Below, piece after piece: positions 30,340 to 40,057 of a stretch of 59,628 bases of DNA. Both the position numbers and the translations under genes were made by a program. The notes below the pieces were generated by a model. The model had not been told where the DNA came from and did no database searches. It worked only from the letters and a program-made list of their open reading frames with translations. Source of the DNA: an uncultured Clostridia bacterium (lineage in GTDB: Bacteria; Bacillota; Clostridia; TANB77; CAG-465). Location of the stretch: NCBI GenBank assembly GCA_944386345.1, contig CALXAR010000003.1:1-59628 (forward strand), in the 5' to 3' direction. How positions within the stretch are numbered: the first letter of the stretch is position 1; each line of letters opens with the position of its first letter.

Positions 30340-32643
30340 ATGAGCGAATTATTAGATGGATTAAATGATAGACAAAAAGAGGCTGTAGAGTATATGGATG
30401 GTCCTCTTTTAATACTTGCAGGAGCAGGCTCTGGTAAAACAAGAGTGCTTACATATAAGATTGCATATCTTCTTGAAAAAGAAATAGTAAAGCCATGGCA
30501 AATTCTTGCCATTACGTTTACTAATAAAGCTGCAAAAGAAATGAAGGAAAGAGTTGAAGGGCTTGTTGGACAAGTTGCACAAGATATGTGGCTTGGAACA
30601 TTTCATTCAGTTTGTGTAAGAATTTTAAAGAGAGAAATAGAGCTATTAGGATACACAAGAGATTTTAATATTTTTGATGAAATAGATAAAGAAAAAGTTT
30701 TAAAGGAAGTAACTAAGAAGCTTAATATTGATGAGAAAATGTACCCAATTGGACTTTTAAAGTCTGAGATTAGTAAAGCAAAAGAGGTAATGAAAGATAA
30801 TTTGACTTATCAAAAAGAGGCTATGGGTGACTTTAGAAAGGAAGAGATTGCAAAAGTATATAATATGTATCAAGATACTTTAAAATCAAACAATTCAATT
30901 GATTTTGATGATATTATAATGCTAACTGTAAAATTATTTTTAGAAAATCCAGATAGGCTGTTATATTATCAACAAAAATTTAGCTATATTTTAGTAGATG
31001 AGTATCAAGATACAAATAAAACACAATTTTTGTTAATAAGTCTTTTATCTTCAGCTACAGGAAATATTTGTGTTGTGGGTGATGAGTCACAGAGTATATA
31101 TGGCTTTAGAGGAGCTGATATAACAAATATTTTAAATTTTGAAAAAGAATTTCCAAACGCAAAGATAGTAAAACTTGAAGAAAATTATAGAAGTACTAAA
31201 AACATATTAAATGCAGCAAATGAAGTAATAAAAAACAACTCATCTAAGCTTGATAAAGTCTTATGGACTCAAAATGAAGAAGGAGAAAAGATTGAATATA
31301 AGACTTTAAATAACGAGTATGAAGAAGTTGAGTATGTAGTAGATAAGATAGATGAGCTTTGCAGAAAAGAAAATCAAAAGTATTCTGATTTTGCAGTATT
31401 ATTTAGAACAAATGCACAAGCTCGTGTGCTAGAAGAAGTATTTATGAAATCAGGAACTCCATATAAGTTAATTGGTGGGATTAAATTCTATGCAAGAAAA
31501 GAAATAAAGGATATCATTAGTTATTTAAAATTAATTCAAAATAAAAATGATAATATAGCATTAAAGAGAATCATAAATGAGCCTAAAAGAGGTATAGGAG
31601 ATACTGCTGTAGATAAACTCGATATGCTTGCAAGCCAAAAGGGTGTATCAATATTTGAGCTTATCCAAGATAGTAATAATCTAACAGGAATTAGAAGTGC
31701 TGGAAATATAATACTTTTTAGAGATATGATAAATAGCTTTATTAGAGTAAAAAATGAAATAAAAGTATCTGAATTAATAAAAAAGGTACTAAAAGAATCT
31801 GGATATGAAGATATGCTTAATTCTGAGGGAACAAAGGAGACAGAAATTCGTTTTGATAACCTTATGGAATTTATTGGTGTTGCAATTGAGTTTGAAAATG
31901 AGAATGCAGAACATACATTAGGTGATTTCTTAGAGAGCATTGCGCTAGTGTCAGATGTAGATAATTTAGATGAGACAACAGAAGCTGTTACACTTATGAC
32001 AATGCACAGTGCAAAAGGGCTTGAATTTAAAAACGTATTTATAGTAGGTATGGAGGAAGGATTATTCCCATCAAAGCGTTCTATTGAAGAAGATGGACAA
32101 ACAGAGGAAGAAAGAAGACTTTGCTATGTTGCAATAACTAGAGCACAAAAGCATCTATTTTTAACTAACACTAAAAAAAGAACACTATATGGTTCAACTA
32201 CTTTTTCAATACCTTCAAGATTTATAGAAGAAATTCCAGATTCAGTACTTAGTGAAGATGCAATAGATAATAGAAATGGAAAAAAATCAGCTAGCACTAG
32301 GACATGGCTTGATGATGAGTATAAAAAAGTTGAAACGTATATTTCAAATAGAAATAGGGTAAGTGAGAATGTAGAAAGAAAAGTTAGACCAAACGTTGGA
32401 ATAACTGTGGACGCTTTTTTAAAAAATTTAGCTGGTACAACTATTCCTCAAAAAGCAAATGTGGCCTCAGAAATGAAGTATAAAGTGGGAATGGAAGTAA
32501 AGCATAAAAAATTTGGCATAGGTGTAATTGAAAATATTGAACCAGAGGGAGATGATTTTAAACTTGAGATAATGTTTGATAATTCTGGTTTTAAAAGATT
32601 AATGGCAAATTACACACCACTTGAGATTATAAATAAAGATTAG
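30340..32643 (+). CDS. pcrA: ATP-dependent DNA helicase PcrA
   Basis: AGAGSGKT, TFTNKAA, VDEYQD, QSIYGFRGA, TMHSAKGLEF, EERRLCYVAITRA, C-terminal HKKFG Tudor-like domain. Confidence 0.97.
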   Translation: MSELLDGLNDRQKEAVEYMDGPLLILAGAGSGKTRVLTYKIAYLLEKEIVKPWQILAITFTNKAAKEMKERVEGLVGQVAQDMWLGTFHSVCVRILKREIELLGYTRDFNIFDEIDKEKVLKEVTKKLNIDEKMYPIGLLKSEISKAKEVMKDNLTYQKEAMGDFRKEEIAKVYNMYQDTLKSNNSIDFDDIIMLTVKLFLENPDRLLYYQQKFSYILVDEYQDTNKTQFLLISLLSSATGNICVVGDESQSIYGFRGADITNILNFEKEFPNAKIVKLEENYRSTKNILNAANEVIKNNSSKLDKVLWTQNEEGEKIEYKTLNNEYEEVEYVVDKIDELCRKENQKYSDFAVLFRTNAQARVLEEVFMKSGTPYKLIGGIKFYARKEIKDIISYLKLIQNKNDNIALKRIINEPKRGIGDTAVDKLDMLASQKGVSIFELIQDSNNLTGIRSAGNIILFRDMINSFIRVKNEIKVSELIKKVLKESGYEDMLNSEGTKETEIRFDNLMEFIGVAIEFENENAEHTLGDFLESIALVSDVDNLDETTEAVTLMTMHSAKGLEFKNVFIVGMEEGLFPSKRSIEEDGQTEEERRLCYVAITRAQKHLFLTNTKKRTLYGSTTFSIPSRFIEEIPDSVLSEDAIDNRNGKKSASTRTWLDDEYKKVETYISNRNRVSENVERKVRPNVGITVDAFLKNLAGTTIPQKANVASEMKYKVGMEVKHKKFGIGVIENIEPEGDDFKLEIMFDNSGFKRLMANYTPLEIINKD

Positions 32644-32658
32644 TAGGAGGGAGATATT

Positions 32659-33246
32659 ATGAAAAAGATTACTTTTGTTACTACAAATAAAGGAAAGATT
32701 TCAACAGCTGAGCAGTATCTATCTGATGCAAATGTAGAGCTTGAAGCATATAATTACGAGCTTGTTGAGCCAAGAACTGACGATATACAAGAGATTGCTA
32801 AACAAAAAGTATTACAAGCATATGATGTTGTAAAACAACCATGTATTGCTCTTGATTCAGGATTTTATATAGACGCATTAAATGGTTTTCCAAGAGCTTT
32901 TGTAAATTTTGCATTAGACACTATTGGTACGCAAGGAATACTTGATATAATGAGAGGAAAAGAAAATAGAAATTGCTCATTTAAAGAATGTGTTGCATAC
33001 TATGATGGTAAGGACATAAAATATTTTTTCTATGAGCATAAAGGTACTCTTGCAGAAGACTACAGAGGAAAAGATAATAAAAAACAATGGAGCCCTTTAT
33101 GGCATATATATAAAGATGCATACGATCCAACTAGAACTTTATCTGAATTATCTGATGAAGAAATAGAAGAAAGACGAAAAGTTACAGGGTCATCTTTACA
33201 AGAATTTGCTAACTGGTATAAAAATTTAAGTGATGAAGATAACTAA
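32659..33246 (+). CDS. Ham1/ITPase-family non-canonical NTP pyrophosphatase (divergent)
   Basis: FVTTNKGK, IAKQK, LDSGFYIDALNGFP motifs. Confidence 0.85.
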   Translation: MKKITFVTTNKGKISTAEQYLSDANVELEAYNYELVEPRTDDIQEIAKQKVLQAYDVVKQPCIALDSGFYIDALNGFPRAFVNFALDTIGTQGILDIMRGKENRNCSFKECVAYYDGKDIKYFFYEHKGTLAEDYRGKDNKKQWSPLWHIYKDAYDPTRTLSELSDEEIEERRKVTGSSLQEFANWYKNLSDEDN

Positions 33247-33323
33247 AAATTATCTTCATTTTTTGTTGAGTATTTTATATATATGATATCGTATTATTAA
33301 TAAGGGGGAAAAGAGGTTATTAC

Positions 33324-33439
33324 ATGAAAAGAAAGAAGAAGCTCCTCAAACAGGCGATATTAACATTTATTTATATGTTGTGGCAATAGTAGTAAGCGTT
33401 TATTTAATAAGAAAAATATTGAAAAAAAGATTTGAATAA
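33324..33439 (+). pseudogene. Remnant of a sortase-anchored surface-protein gene (orphan sorting signal)
   Basis: 33341-33439 reads APQTGDINIYLYVVAIVVSVYLIRKILKKRFE* with no in-frame ATG/GTG/TTG upstream of the motif (TGA at 33284); an RBS plus ATG at 33324 is in another frame. Confidence 0.55.
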
Positions 33440-33456
33440 AATACTGTTATAAAATT

Positions 33457-33519
33457 AAAATATACCCAATATAAGTGAGTCACTAAAAGTGTATCACAAA
33501 AATATTGGGTATATTTTTT
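33457..33519. terminator. Long hairpin, probable bidirectional terminator
   Basis: AAAATATACCCAATAT (33457-72) / ATATTGGGTATATTTT (33502-17) with a partly paired 29-nt interior. Confidence 0.7.
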
Positions 33520-33532
33520 ATTGCTTATAAAA

Positions 33533-35086
33533 TTATTTTTTTATTATTATTTTTTTCTTATGAATTTCTTCTAATTTGTTATTTATTAGTTCAATAGTTT
33601 TTAAATCACACTCTTTTTTAGATAAATATAAATTTGCATATTGTTCACATTTCTCTAGCATAGATTTGTCTGATGTCTCTATATATAAATTATAATATAT
33701 AAAGATTAAATCTTCATATGCTTTATTTATATCATGATGTATACATTCTTCTAAGAGTAAGATACTTTTTTGAATGTCTTTAGCAATTCCAATTTCAGGC
33801 ACTCCATTTTCATAAAAGTAATGTGCTAAGTTATATTTTGACCAAAAGCATACAGAGTATATTGTAGCTTCTGTAGCTTTATTATAATATTCAAAAGCTT
33901 TTTTTAGATTCTTTTTAGTGCCAATACCTTGTCTGTACATTTGACCTAGTTTGTTTGAAGCCCAGCTTTCTCCTTGATTTGCAGAAGATTTAAAAAGCTC
34001 TAAAGCCTTTTTGTAGTTTCCTTCTTCTTCATACATTATTCCAAGATTATTTATGGCATATACGTAGTTTTTATTTGCAGCAAATTCAAATAGTTTTTTT
34101 GCTTTTTTTAAATCTTTATGTATAAATGGTATATTTCCTTCTTTAAAGACTGTTCCTAAGCTATTTATAGCGGAAATACAATTTACTTTTCTTGCTTTAT
34201 TAAAGTATCTAAAGGCTTTTTTCATATCATCTCTAGATTTTGTACCAATAAATCCATTGTAGTATAGATGACCTAAGGCCCAAATTGCATTTGGATGATT
34301 TTTTTCTGCAGCTGTTTTATAGAATTCATAGCTTTTTTGATATCTTGGATATCCGGCAACTTGACCATATAACTCTAAAGAGCCCATCTCAAAACATGCA
34401 TATGGATTCCCTTTTTTTGCAAGCTCATGAATACATCTAATTGACCATAGCCCACCTTTTAACTGTACAGTTACAAAATCTATAGCATCATCTGAGGATA
34501 CTTCTGATGAATAAAGAAAGTCATCTAGCGTATCCATAAATTTGTCTTCTATATAAACAGGTTGCTTTTTTTCTAGTATTACAAAAAATAATACTTCTAC
34601 AAAAAAACTATATAAATTTTTAGCATCTAATAGTTTTTTTAGATTTGATGAGAATTCTTTTGTTACTTCAATATCATTTTTTGATATATTATAGAGTCTT
34701 AAGCATACTTTGTTAAATTTGTTATTGCTGTTTATTACATCAATAGATTGATTAAAATAGTCTTTTGTAATAAATATATTTTTATTATCAATAGTAGCTA
34801 TAATATTTAATATTATATTTTTGAAGATACTCTTATCTTTAGAATATTTTTGTCTCCAATTTACATATATGTTTTTGTATTTAGAATTAATAGCTCTTAC
34901 ACCTGTACAGTAGTTATTTACAGTAGTATCTGAAATAGAATCTATATCAAATAAAATACAAAAAATCTCTGACTGAATTGTAAAGCTTTTATTATTTGTT
35001 TCTTCTTTTAATATTCTAAACAAATTTCCTAAAGATAAGTGTCTATTGTTATTATTTAATTTAACATAGTTCTTTTTATTCATCAT
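33533..35086 (-). CDS. Sel1-like repeat protein with uncharacterised N-terminal domain
   Basis: AAGGAG RBS; repeated A..LG..Y..G.G...D..KA..YF..AA Sel1 units in C-terminal half; no signal peptide. Confidence 0.85.
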   Translation of the reverse strand: MMNKKNYVKLNNNNRHLSLGNLFRILKEETNNKSFTIQSEIFCILFDIDSISDTTVNNYCTGVRAINSKYKNIYVNWRQKYSKDKSIFKNIILNIIATIDNKNIFITKDYFNQSIDVINSNNKFNKVCLRLYNISKNDIEVTKEFSSNLKKLLDAKNLYSFFVEVLFFVILEKKQPVYIEDKFMDTLDDFLYSSEVSSDDAIDFVTVQLKGGLWSIRCIHELAKKGNPYACFEMGSLELYGQVAGYPRYQKSYEFYKTAAEKNHPNAIWALGHLYYNGFIGTKSRDDMKKAFRYFNKARKVNCISAINSLGTVFKEGNIPFIHKDLKKAKKLFEFAANKNYVYAINNLGIMYEEEGNYKKALELFKSSANQGESWASNKLGQMYRQGIGTKKNLKKAFEYYNKATEATIYSVCFWSKYNLAHYFYENGVPEIGIAKDIQKSILLLEECIHHDINKAYEDLIFIYYNLYIETSDKSMLEKCEQYANLYLSKKECDLKTIELINNKLEEIHKKKIIIKK

Positions 35087-35287
35087 TAACTCCTTTGTGA
35101 ATTTAGTGTGGATTTATTATTTTCGCTGTAGTTTTATATGTGTTGCAAAAATATATGTTTTTGCGTATAATAGTTATATAAAACATTAATATTATAGCAT
35201 AATATGATATAAAAATCAAAATAATAATATAATAAATTAGTGTATTTGTATGTTATATATTAATGTGAAAAAAGTGAGGATTTTTGT

Positions 35288-36361
35288 ATGAAAGCAAAGC
35301 TATATATAAGTAGAGAAAATTTAAAGTATAATATAGAATATATAAAAAATAGAATAGGAAAAAGAAGAAAAATTATTGCTATGGTTAAGGCTAATGCATA
35401 TGGTATAGGAGATATAATTATTTCAAAAGAGCTTCAAGAGCTAGGAATAACAGATTTTGGTGTTGCAAATATAGAAGAGGCACTTAGAATTAGAAAGTCT
35501 GGTGTTGAAGGAATGATTTTAATCACAAGTGTTGTAAAGCTTGAAGAAGTTGAGCAAGCAATAAAAAATAATATATCAATGTCTGTATCAGAAATAGATA
35601 ATATAGAGCAGATAAATGATATAGCATCAGATTTAGGAGTAATTGCAAATATACATATAAAAGTTGATACTGGAATGACAAGGCTTGGTTTTAGCATAGA
35701 TGATATAATAGAAGTTTTTAATAAAATAACAGAGATGAAAAATATTAATATTCAAGGAATATATACTCATTTGTCTTGTGCAGATAATGATAGAGAATAC
35801 ACATATAATCAGATACTAGAGTTTAAACAAGTTGTAGAAAAACTAAAAAAGCTACATGAGTTTGAATATATACATATATTAAATTCCGACGGAACTGAAT
35901 ATTATGCAGATGATGTGGATTTTGATACACATGTAAGAGTTGGAATTATTATGTATGGCTATTGTAGCAAAAACACAAGACCTATTTTAAAATTAACTGC
36001 TCCTATTCTTTATATAAATAATGTAAAAAAATATGTTAAAGTTGGATATTGTGGGATTCATATAGCTAAGCCTAATGATAAGATTGCAGTAGTAAAAATA
36101 GGATATGCTGATGGAATTCCTAGAATGTTATCAAATAAAATTAAAGTTAGTATAAATAATGTTAAATGTCAGCAAGTTGGGAATATTTGTATGGATATGA
36201 TGATGATAGATGCTACTAGAGTGAATAATATTAAACCTAATGATGAAGCTATAATTTGGGATTATACAGATGATTTACAGAATATAGCTAAATTATCAAA
36301 TAGAATTGTATATGAAGTTATATCTTCACTTGGAAATAGAATTGAAAGAATAGTAGAGTAG
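35288..36361 (+). CDS. alr: Alanine racemase
   Basis: MVKANAYG PLP lysine, HIKVDTGMTRLG, IYTHLS, IGYADG, ICMD. Confidence 0.95.
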   Translation: MKAKLYISRENLKYNIEYIKNRIGKRRKIIAMVKANAYGIGDIIISKELQELGITDFGVANIEEALRIRKSGVEGMILITSVVKLEEVEQAIKNNISMSVSEIDNIEQINDIASDLGVIANIHIKVDTGMTRLGFSIDDIIEVFNKITEMKNINIQGIYTHLSCADNDREYTYNQILEFKQVVEKLKKLHEFEYIHILNSDGTEYYADDVDFDTHVRVGIIMYGYCSKNTRPILKLTAPILYINNVKKYVKVGYCGIHIAKPNDKIAVVKIGYADGIPRMLSNKIKVSINNVKCQQVGNICMDMMMIDATRVNNIKPNDEAIIWDYTDDLQNIAKLSNRIVYEVISSLGNRIERIVE

Positions 36362-36370
36362 GTGATAAAA

Positions 36371-37144
36371 ATGCAATTAGAAATAAATAATTTAAAAGTT
36401 AATTATTTAGAAAAGGGACCACAAACTAAAACAAGTGTAGTACTTTTACATGGCTGGGGAGCAAGTATAGCAGCGTTTAATCCAATTATTGATAATCTTT
36501 CTAAAAAATTTAAAGTATATGCTATTGATTTTCCTGGATTTGGTTTAAGTGATAAACCTGATAAATCTTATCATGTAGAAGATTATTCTAAAATTGTTTT
36601 AGAGTTTATAAATAAAATGAACCTTAAGGATGTCATTTTAATAGGGCATTCTTTTGGTGGAAGAGTAATAATTAAACTTGTGGGAAAGCTAGGATTTTGT
36701 CCTAAGAAAATAATTCTTGTTGATAGTGCAGGAATAAGACCTAAAAAGACTTTAAAAGTAAAAATAAGAGAGAGAATATATAAATGTATTAAAAAGGCTG
36801 CAAGAATTATACTAGGAAAAGCAAAAGCTGATAAAATAATTAACAAATACAAAAACAAATTAGGCTCTGAAGACTATAAAAATGCAGATGAGACTATGAA
36901 AGAGGTATTTAAGAATGTAATTAATGAAGACCTAACTGATTATCTACCTAATATAAAGGCTCCAACACTTTTAGTTTGGGGAGATAAAGATACAGAAACT
37001 CCAATTAGCGATGCTAAGATAATGGAGAGTTTAATACCAGATTCTGGTATTGTGACAATTAGAGGAGCGGGACATTTTAGCTATTTAGATAATACTACAT
37101 TCTTTTTGACTGTGGTAAATAATTTTTTGGAAGGATGTGAATAA
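36371..37144 (+). CDS. Alpha/beta hydrolase
   Basis: LLHGWG, DFPGFG, GHSFGG nucleophile elbow, WGDKD, AGHF. Confidence 0.92.
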   Translation: MQLEINNLKVNYLEKGPQTKTSVVLLHGWGASIAAFNPIIDNLSKKFKVYAIDFPGFGLSDKPDKSYHVEDYSKIVLEFINKMNLKDVILIGHSFGGRVIIKLVGKLGFCPKKIILVDSAGIRPKKTLKVKIRERIYKCIKKAARIILGKAKADKIINKYKNKLGSEDYKNADETMKEVFKNVINEDLTDYLPNIKAPTLLVWGDKDTETPISDAKIMESLIPDSGIVTIRGAGHFSYLDNTTFFLTVVNNFLEGCE

Positions 37145-38725
37145 ATGTCATCAGTTATCATACTAATAAGCTATATTATTTCTTTGTTTTTAATTGTGGT
37201 TAATGTTAATAAGTTTACACATATTTTTCAGCAGTCTTTTTATGAAAGAGATGAATTTTTTCCTGCAATAAAAACTACAAAATCAGCAAGAATACAGTTA
37301 TATGAAATTATTTTGCTAATATTTTCAGTTTTATCTTTTTTAAATATCTATTGGTTATTTATATATGCTGCCTTTAGTATTTTTACTGCATATAAAACAA
37401 TAAATCATAGACCAGTAGCAAAAAAGAAATTCGTATATACAAATAGAATAAAAATAACATACGCTATAATATTTATATTGCTTATTCTAAGTGTTGTAGG
37501 AGTACATTATATAAGCTCACTTAAATATTCTTTAGCTATATTTGTAATACTTTCTATGTATAAACACTTCTCTATAGCTATAATGCTACTTGGAAATGCA
37601 CTTGCTCAACCTATATTAAAACTAATTAACTTAAGATATATTAAAGAGGCAAAAGAGATTTTAAAATCTAATAATAAAATGAAGATTATAGGAATAACAG
37701 GTAGCTATGGAAAAACATCAACTAAAAATATTGTTTCAGCATTACTAGAGGAAAAATATATTACTGTAATGACTCCTAAAAGCTATAATACAACACTAGG
37801 TGTTGTAAAAACAATAAGAGAGCAAATAAAGCCGTATACAGAGGTATTTGTGTGCGAGATGGGAGCTGCAAGACTTGGAGAGATAAAGGAAATTTGTAGT
37901 ATTGCAAGACCAGATATCTCAGTTATTACATCCATTGGTCCACAGCATTTAACAAGCTTTAAAAGTATGGATAATATTATAAAAGGAAAGTTTGAGATAA
38001 TAACAAATGCAAATCCTGATGTTAAAGCAATATTAAATATAGATAATGAATATATAAAAAAAGGAATAGAGCTTTATGCAAAAGATAAATATATTATTGA
38101 TTTTAGTCTAAATAATAAGGACTCAAGATACAGAGTAGAAAATATTAAAATGTCAGATAAGGGAAGCATTTTTGATGTTGTAGATGGAAAAAGCAGACTT
38201 ACTGTTGAGACAAAGCTTTTGGGTAAAAATAATATATATAATATAGTCTGTGCAATTGCAATTGCAAGAGAACTAGATATGACAAATGAAGAAATAAAAA
38301 GAGGAATTAAGAAGATAAAGCCAGTTGAGCATAGACTGGAGCTAAAAACAATGGGAGGAATTCTTGCGTTAGATGATGCTTTTAATTCAAATCCAGAAGG
38401 CTCTAAAGTTGCAATAGAGACTTTATGTATGTTTAAAGATAAGTATAAAGTCTTAGTAACCCCAGGAATGATTGAGCTTGGTGATAAAACAGATGAGTTA
38501 AATGAGAAACTAGGTGAGTATGCTTCAGTTTTAGACTATGTAATATTAGTAGGAGAAGCAACGACAGAGAGAATAAAAGCAGGTATGGATAAAAAGGGAT
38601 TTAAAGACTATATTATTGTTAAAGACATATATGACGCTTTTAAAAAGCTGCAAGAGATTCAAATAAGTCATGAAAATTTAATTGCTCTTTTTGAGAATGA
38701 TTTACCAGATAGTTATATAAAGTAG
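37145..38725 (+). CDS. murF: MurF-type Mur ligase with N-terminal multi-TM extension
   Basis: GITGSYGKTSTK, SYNT, EMGA, DDAFNSNP, PGMIELG; ~150 aa hydrophobic N-terminus. Confidence 0.88.
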   Translation: MSSVIILISYIISLFLIVVNVNKFTHIFQQSFYERDEFFPAIKTTKSARIQLYEIILLIFSVLSFLNIYWLFIYAAFSIFTAYKTINHRPVAKKKFVYTNRIKITYAIIFILLILSVVGVHYISSLKYSLAIFVILSMYKHFSIAIMLLGNALAQPILKLINLRYIKEAKEILKSNNKMKIIGITGSYGKTSTKNIVSALLEEKYITVMTPKSYNTTLGVVKTIREQIKPYTEVFVCEMGAARLGEIKEICSIARPDISVITSIGPQHLTSFKSMDNIIKGKFEIITNANPDVKAILNIDNEYIKKGIELYAKDKYIIDFSLNNKDSRYRVENIKMSDKGSIFDVVDGKSRLTVETKLLGKNNIYNIVCAIAIARELDMTNEEIKRGIKKIKPVEHRLELKTMGGILALDDAFNSNPEGSKVAIETLCMFKDKYKVLVTPGMIELGDKTDELNEKLGEYASVLDYVILVGEATTERIKAGMDKKGFKDYIIVKDIYDAFKKLQEIQISHENLIALFENDLPDSYIK

Positions 38726-38740
38726 AAAGGAAGTATTGTT

Positions 38741-39940
38741 ATGAGAACAGTTGTAGGTGTATTTTTTGGTGGAAAAACAGTAGAACATGAGGTGTCAATT
38801 ATTTCTGCACTTCAAGTTATAGAAAATTTAGATAATGAAAAGTATGAGGCTATTCCAATATATATTTCTAAAGATAATAAATTTTATACGTCTGAATTAT
38901 TGACTAGAATAGAAGAGTTTAGAGATTTAGATGAGGTAAAAAGATTATCAAATGAGGTGTATTTTACACATGAGAATTCAAAATTAGTACTTAATTTGGT
39001 AAAAGGTATATTTAAAAAAGTCTTAGCAAAAGTAGATATAGTTTTCCCAGTAGTACATGGTCTTAACGTAGAAGATGGGACATTAGAAGGGTTTCTTGAA
39101 ATGTATAACATTCCATATGTTGGATGTGATGTGTGTGCGTCTGCAGTTGGTATGAATAAAATTATATTTAAAAAAGTACTAGAAGCATCAAAATTACCAG
39201 TAGTAGAATATGAGACTTTAAATATAGAGGAATTTGAGGAAGATGAAGAAAAAGCTTTTGACAAAATTACTAAAAAATTGAATTTGCCAGTAATTATTAA
39301 GCCCTCAAATCTTGGCTCAAGCATAGGAATAGAGATAGTAAAAGATAAGTCAGAGTTTAAAGAGAAGATGCAAAATGTATTTAATTTTTGCGAAAATGTA
39401 TTAGTTGAAAGATGTGTGACTAATTTAAGAGAGATAAATTGTTCAGTACTTGGAAACTTTAAAGAGCAAGAGGTATCAGTACTTGAAGAGCCAATAAAAA
39501 ATGATGAGATTTTAAGCTATAAAGATAAGTATATGGGAGATGGGACAAAAACTGGGGCAAAAAATGGTATAAAAGCTACAAAATTTTCTGGCTCAAAAGG
39601 CTCCGGAATGGCATCACTTTCAAGAAAGATTCCAGCAGAGTTAACTAAGTCTCAAGAAGATGAAATATACTTACTTGCAAAAGAGACATTTAGAGTTTTA
39701 AATTGTGAAGGAATATCAAGAATAGATTTTATTATGGATGGAGATAATAATAAAATCTATGTAAATGAGATTAATACTATCCCTGGCTCTTTAGCTTTCT
39801 ACTTATGGGAACCTAAAGGAATTAGTTTTAAAGAGTTATTAGATAAAGCTATAAGATATGCGATAAAAAGAAAAGAAAGAAGAGATAAAATAACTTATTC
39901 AACAGATGTGAATATTTTAAACATGACTGGTAAGAAATAA
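38741..39940 (+). CDS. ddl: D-alanine--D-alanine ligase
   Basis: FGGKTVEHEVS, HGLNVEDG, KPSNLGSSIGI, SYKDKY, RIDF, EINTIPG. Confidence 0.93.
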   Translation: MRTVVGVFFGGKTVEHEVSIISALQVIENLDNEKYEAIPIYISKDNKFYTSELLTRIEEFRDLDEVKRLSNEVYFTHENSKLVLNLVKGIFKKVLAKVDIVFPVVHGLNVEDGTLEGFLEMYNIPYVGCDVCASAVGMNKIIFKKVLEASKLPVVEYETLNIEEFEEDEEKAFDKITKKLNLPVIIKPSNLGSSIGIEIVKDKSEFKEKMQNVFNFCENVLVERCVTNLREINCSVLGNFKEQEVSVLEEPIKNDEILSYKDKYMGDGTKTGAKNGIKATKFSGSKGSGMASLSRKIPAELTKSQEDEIYLLAKETFRVLNCEGISRIDFIMDGDNNKIYVNEINTIPGSLAFYLWEPKGISFKELLDKAIRYAIKRKERRDKITYSTDVNILNMTGKK

Positions 39941-40057
39941 TACAAGGTGGACATTAGTTGTCCATCTTAATTTATATAAATAGTAGAAATTATTCATTAT
40001 TTCTTCACAAAGAATTATTTTTATAGTATAATGAATCTAGCAGTCGAGGTATAATAT

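Noticed and set aside
38741-39940. Ddl/alr cluster as a van-type glycopeptide resistance locus
   Set aside because: No vanH/X/Y/T or vanRS; omega-loop KY Tyr is consistent with D-Ala-D-Ala synthesis
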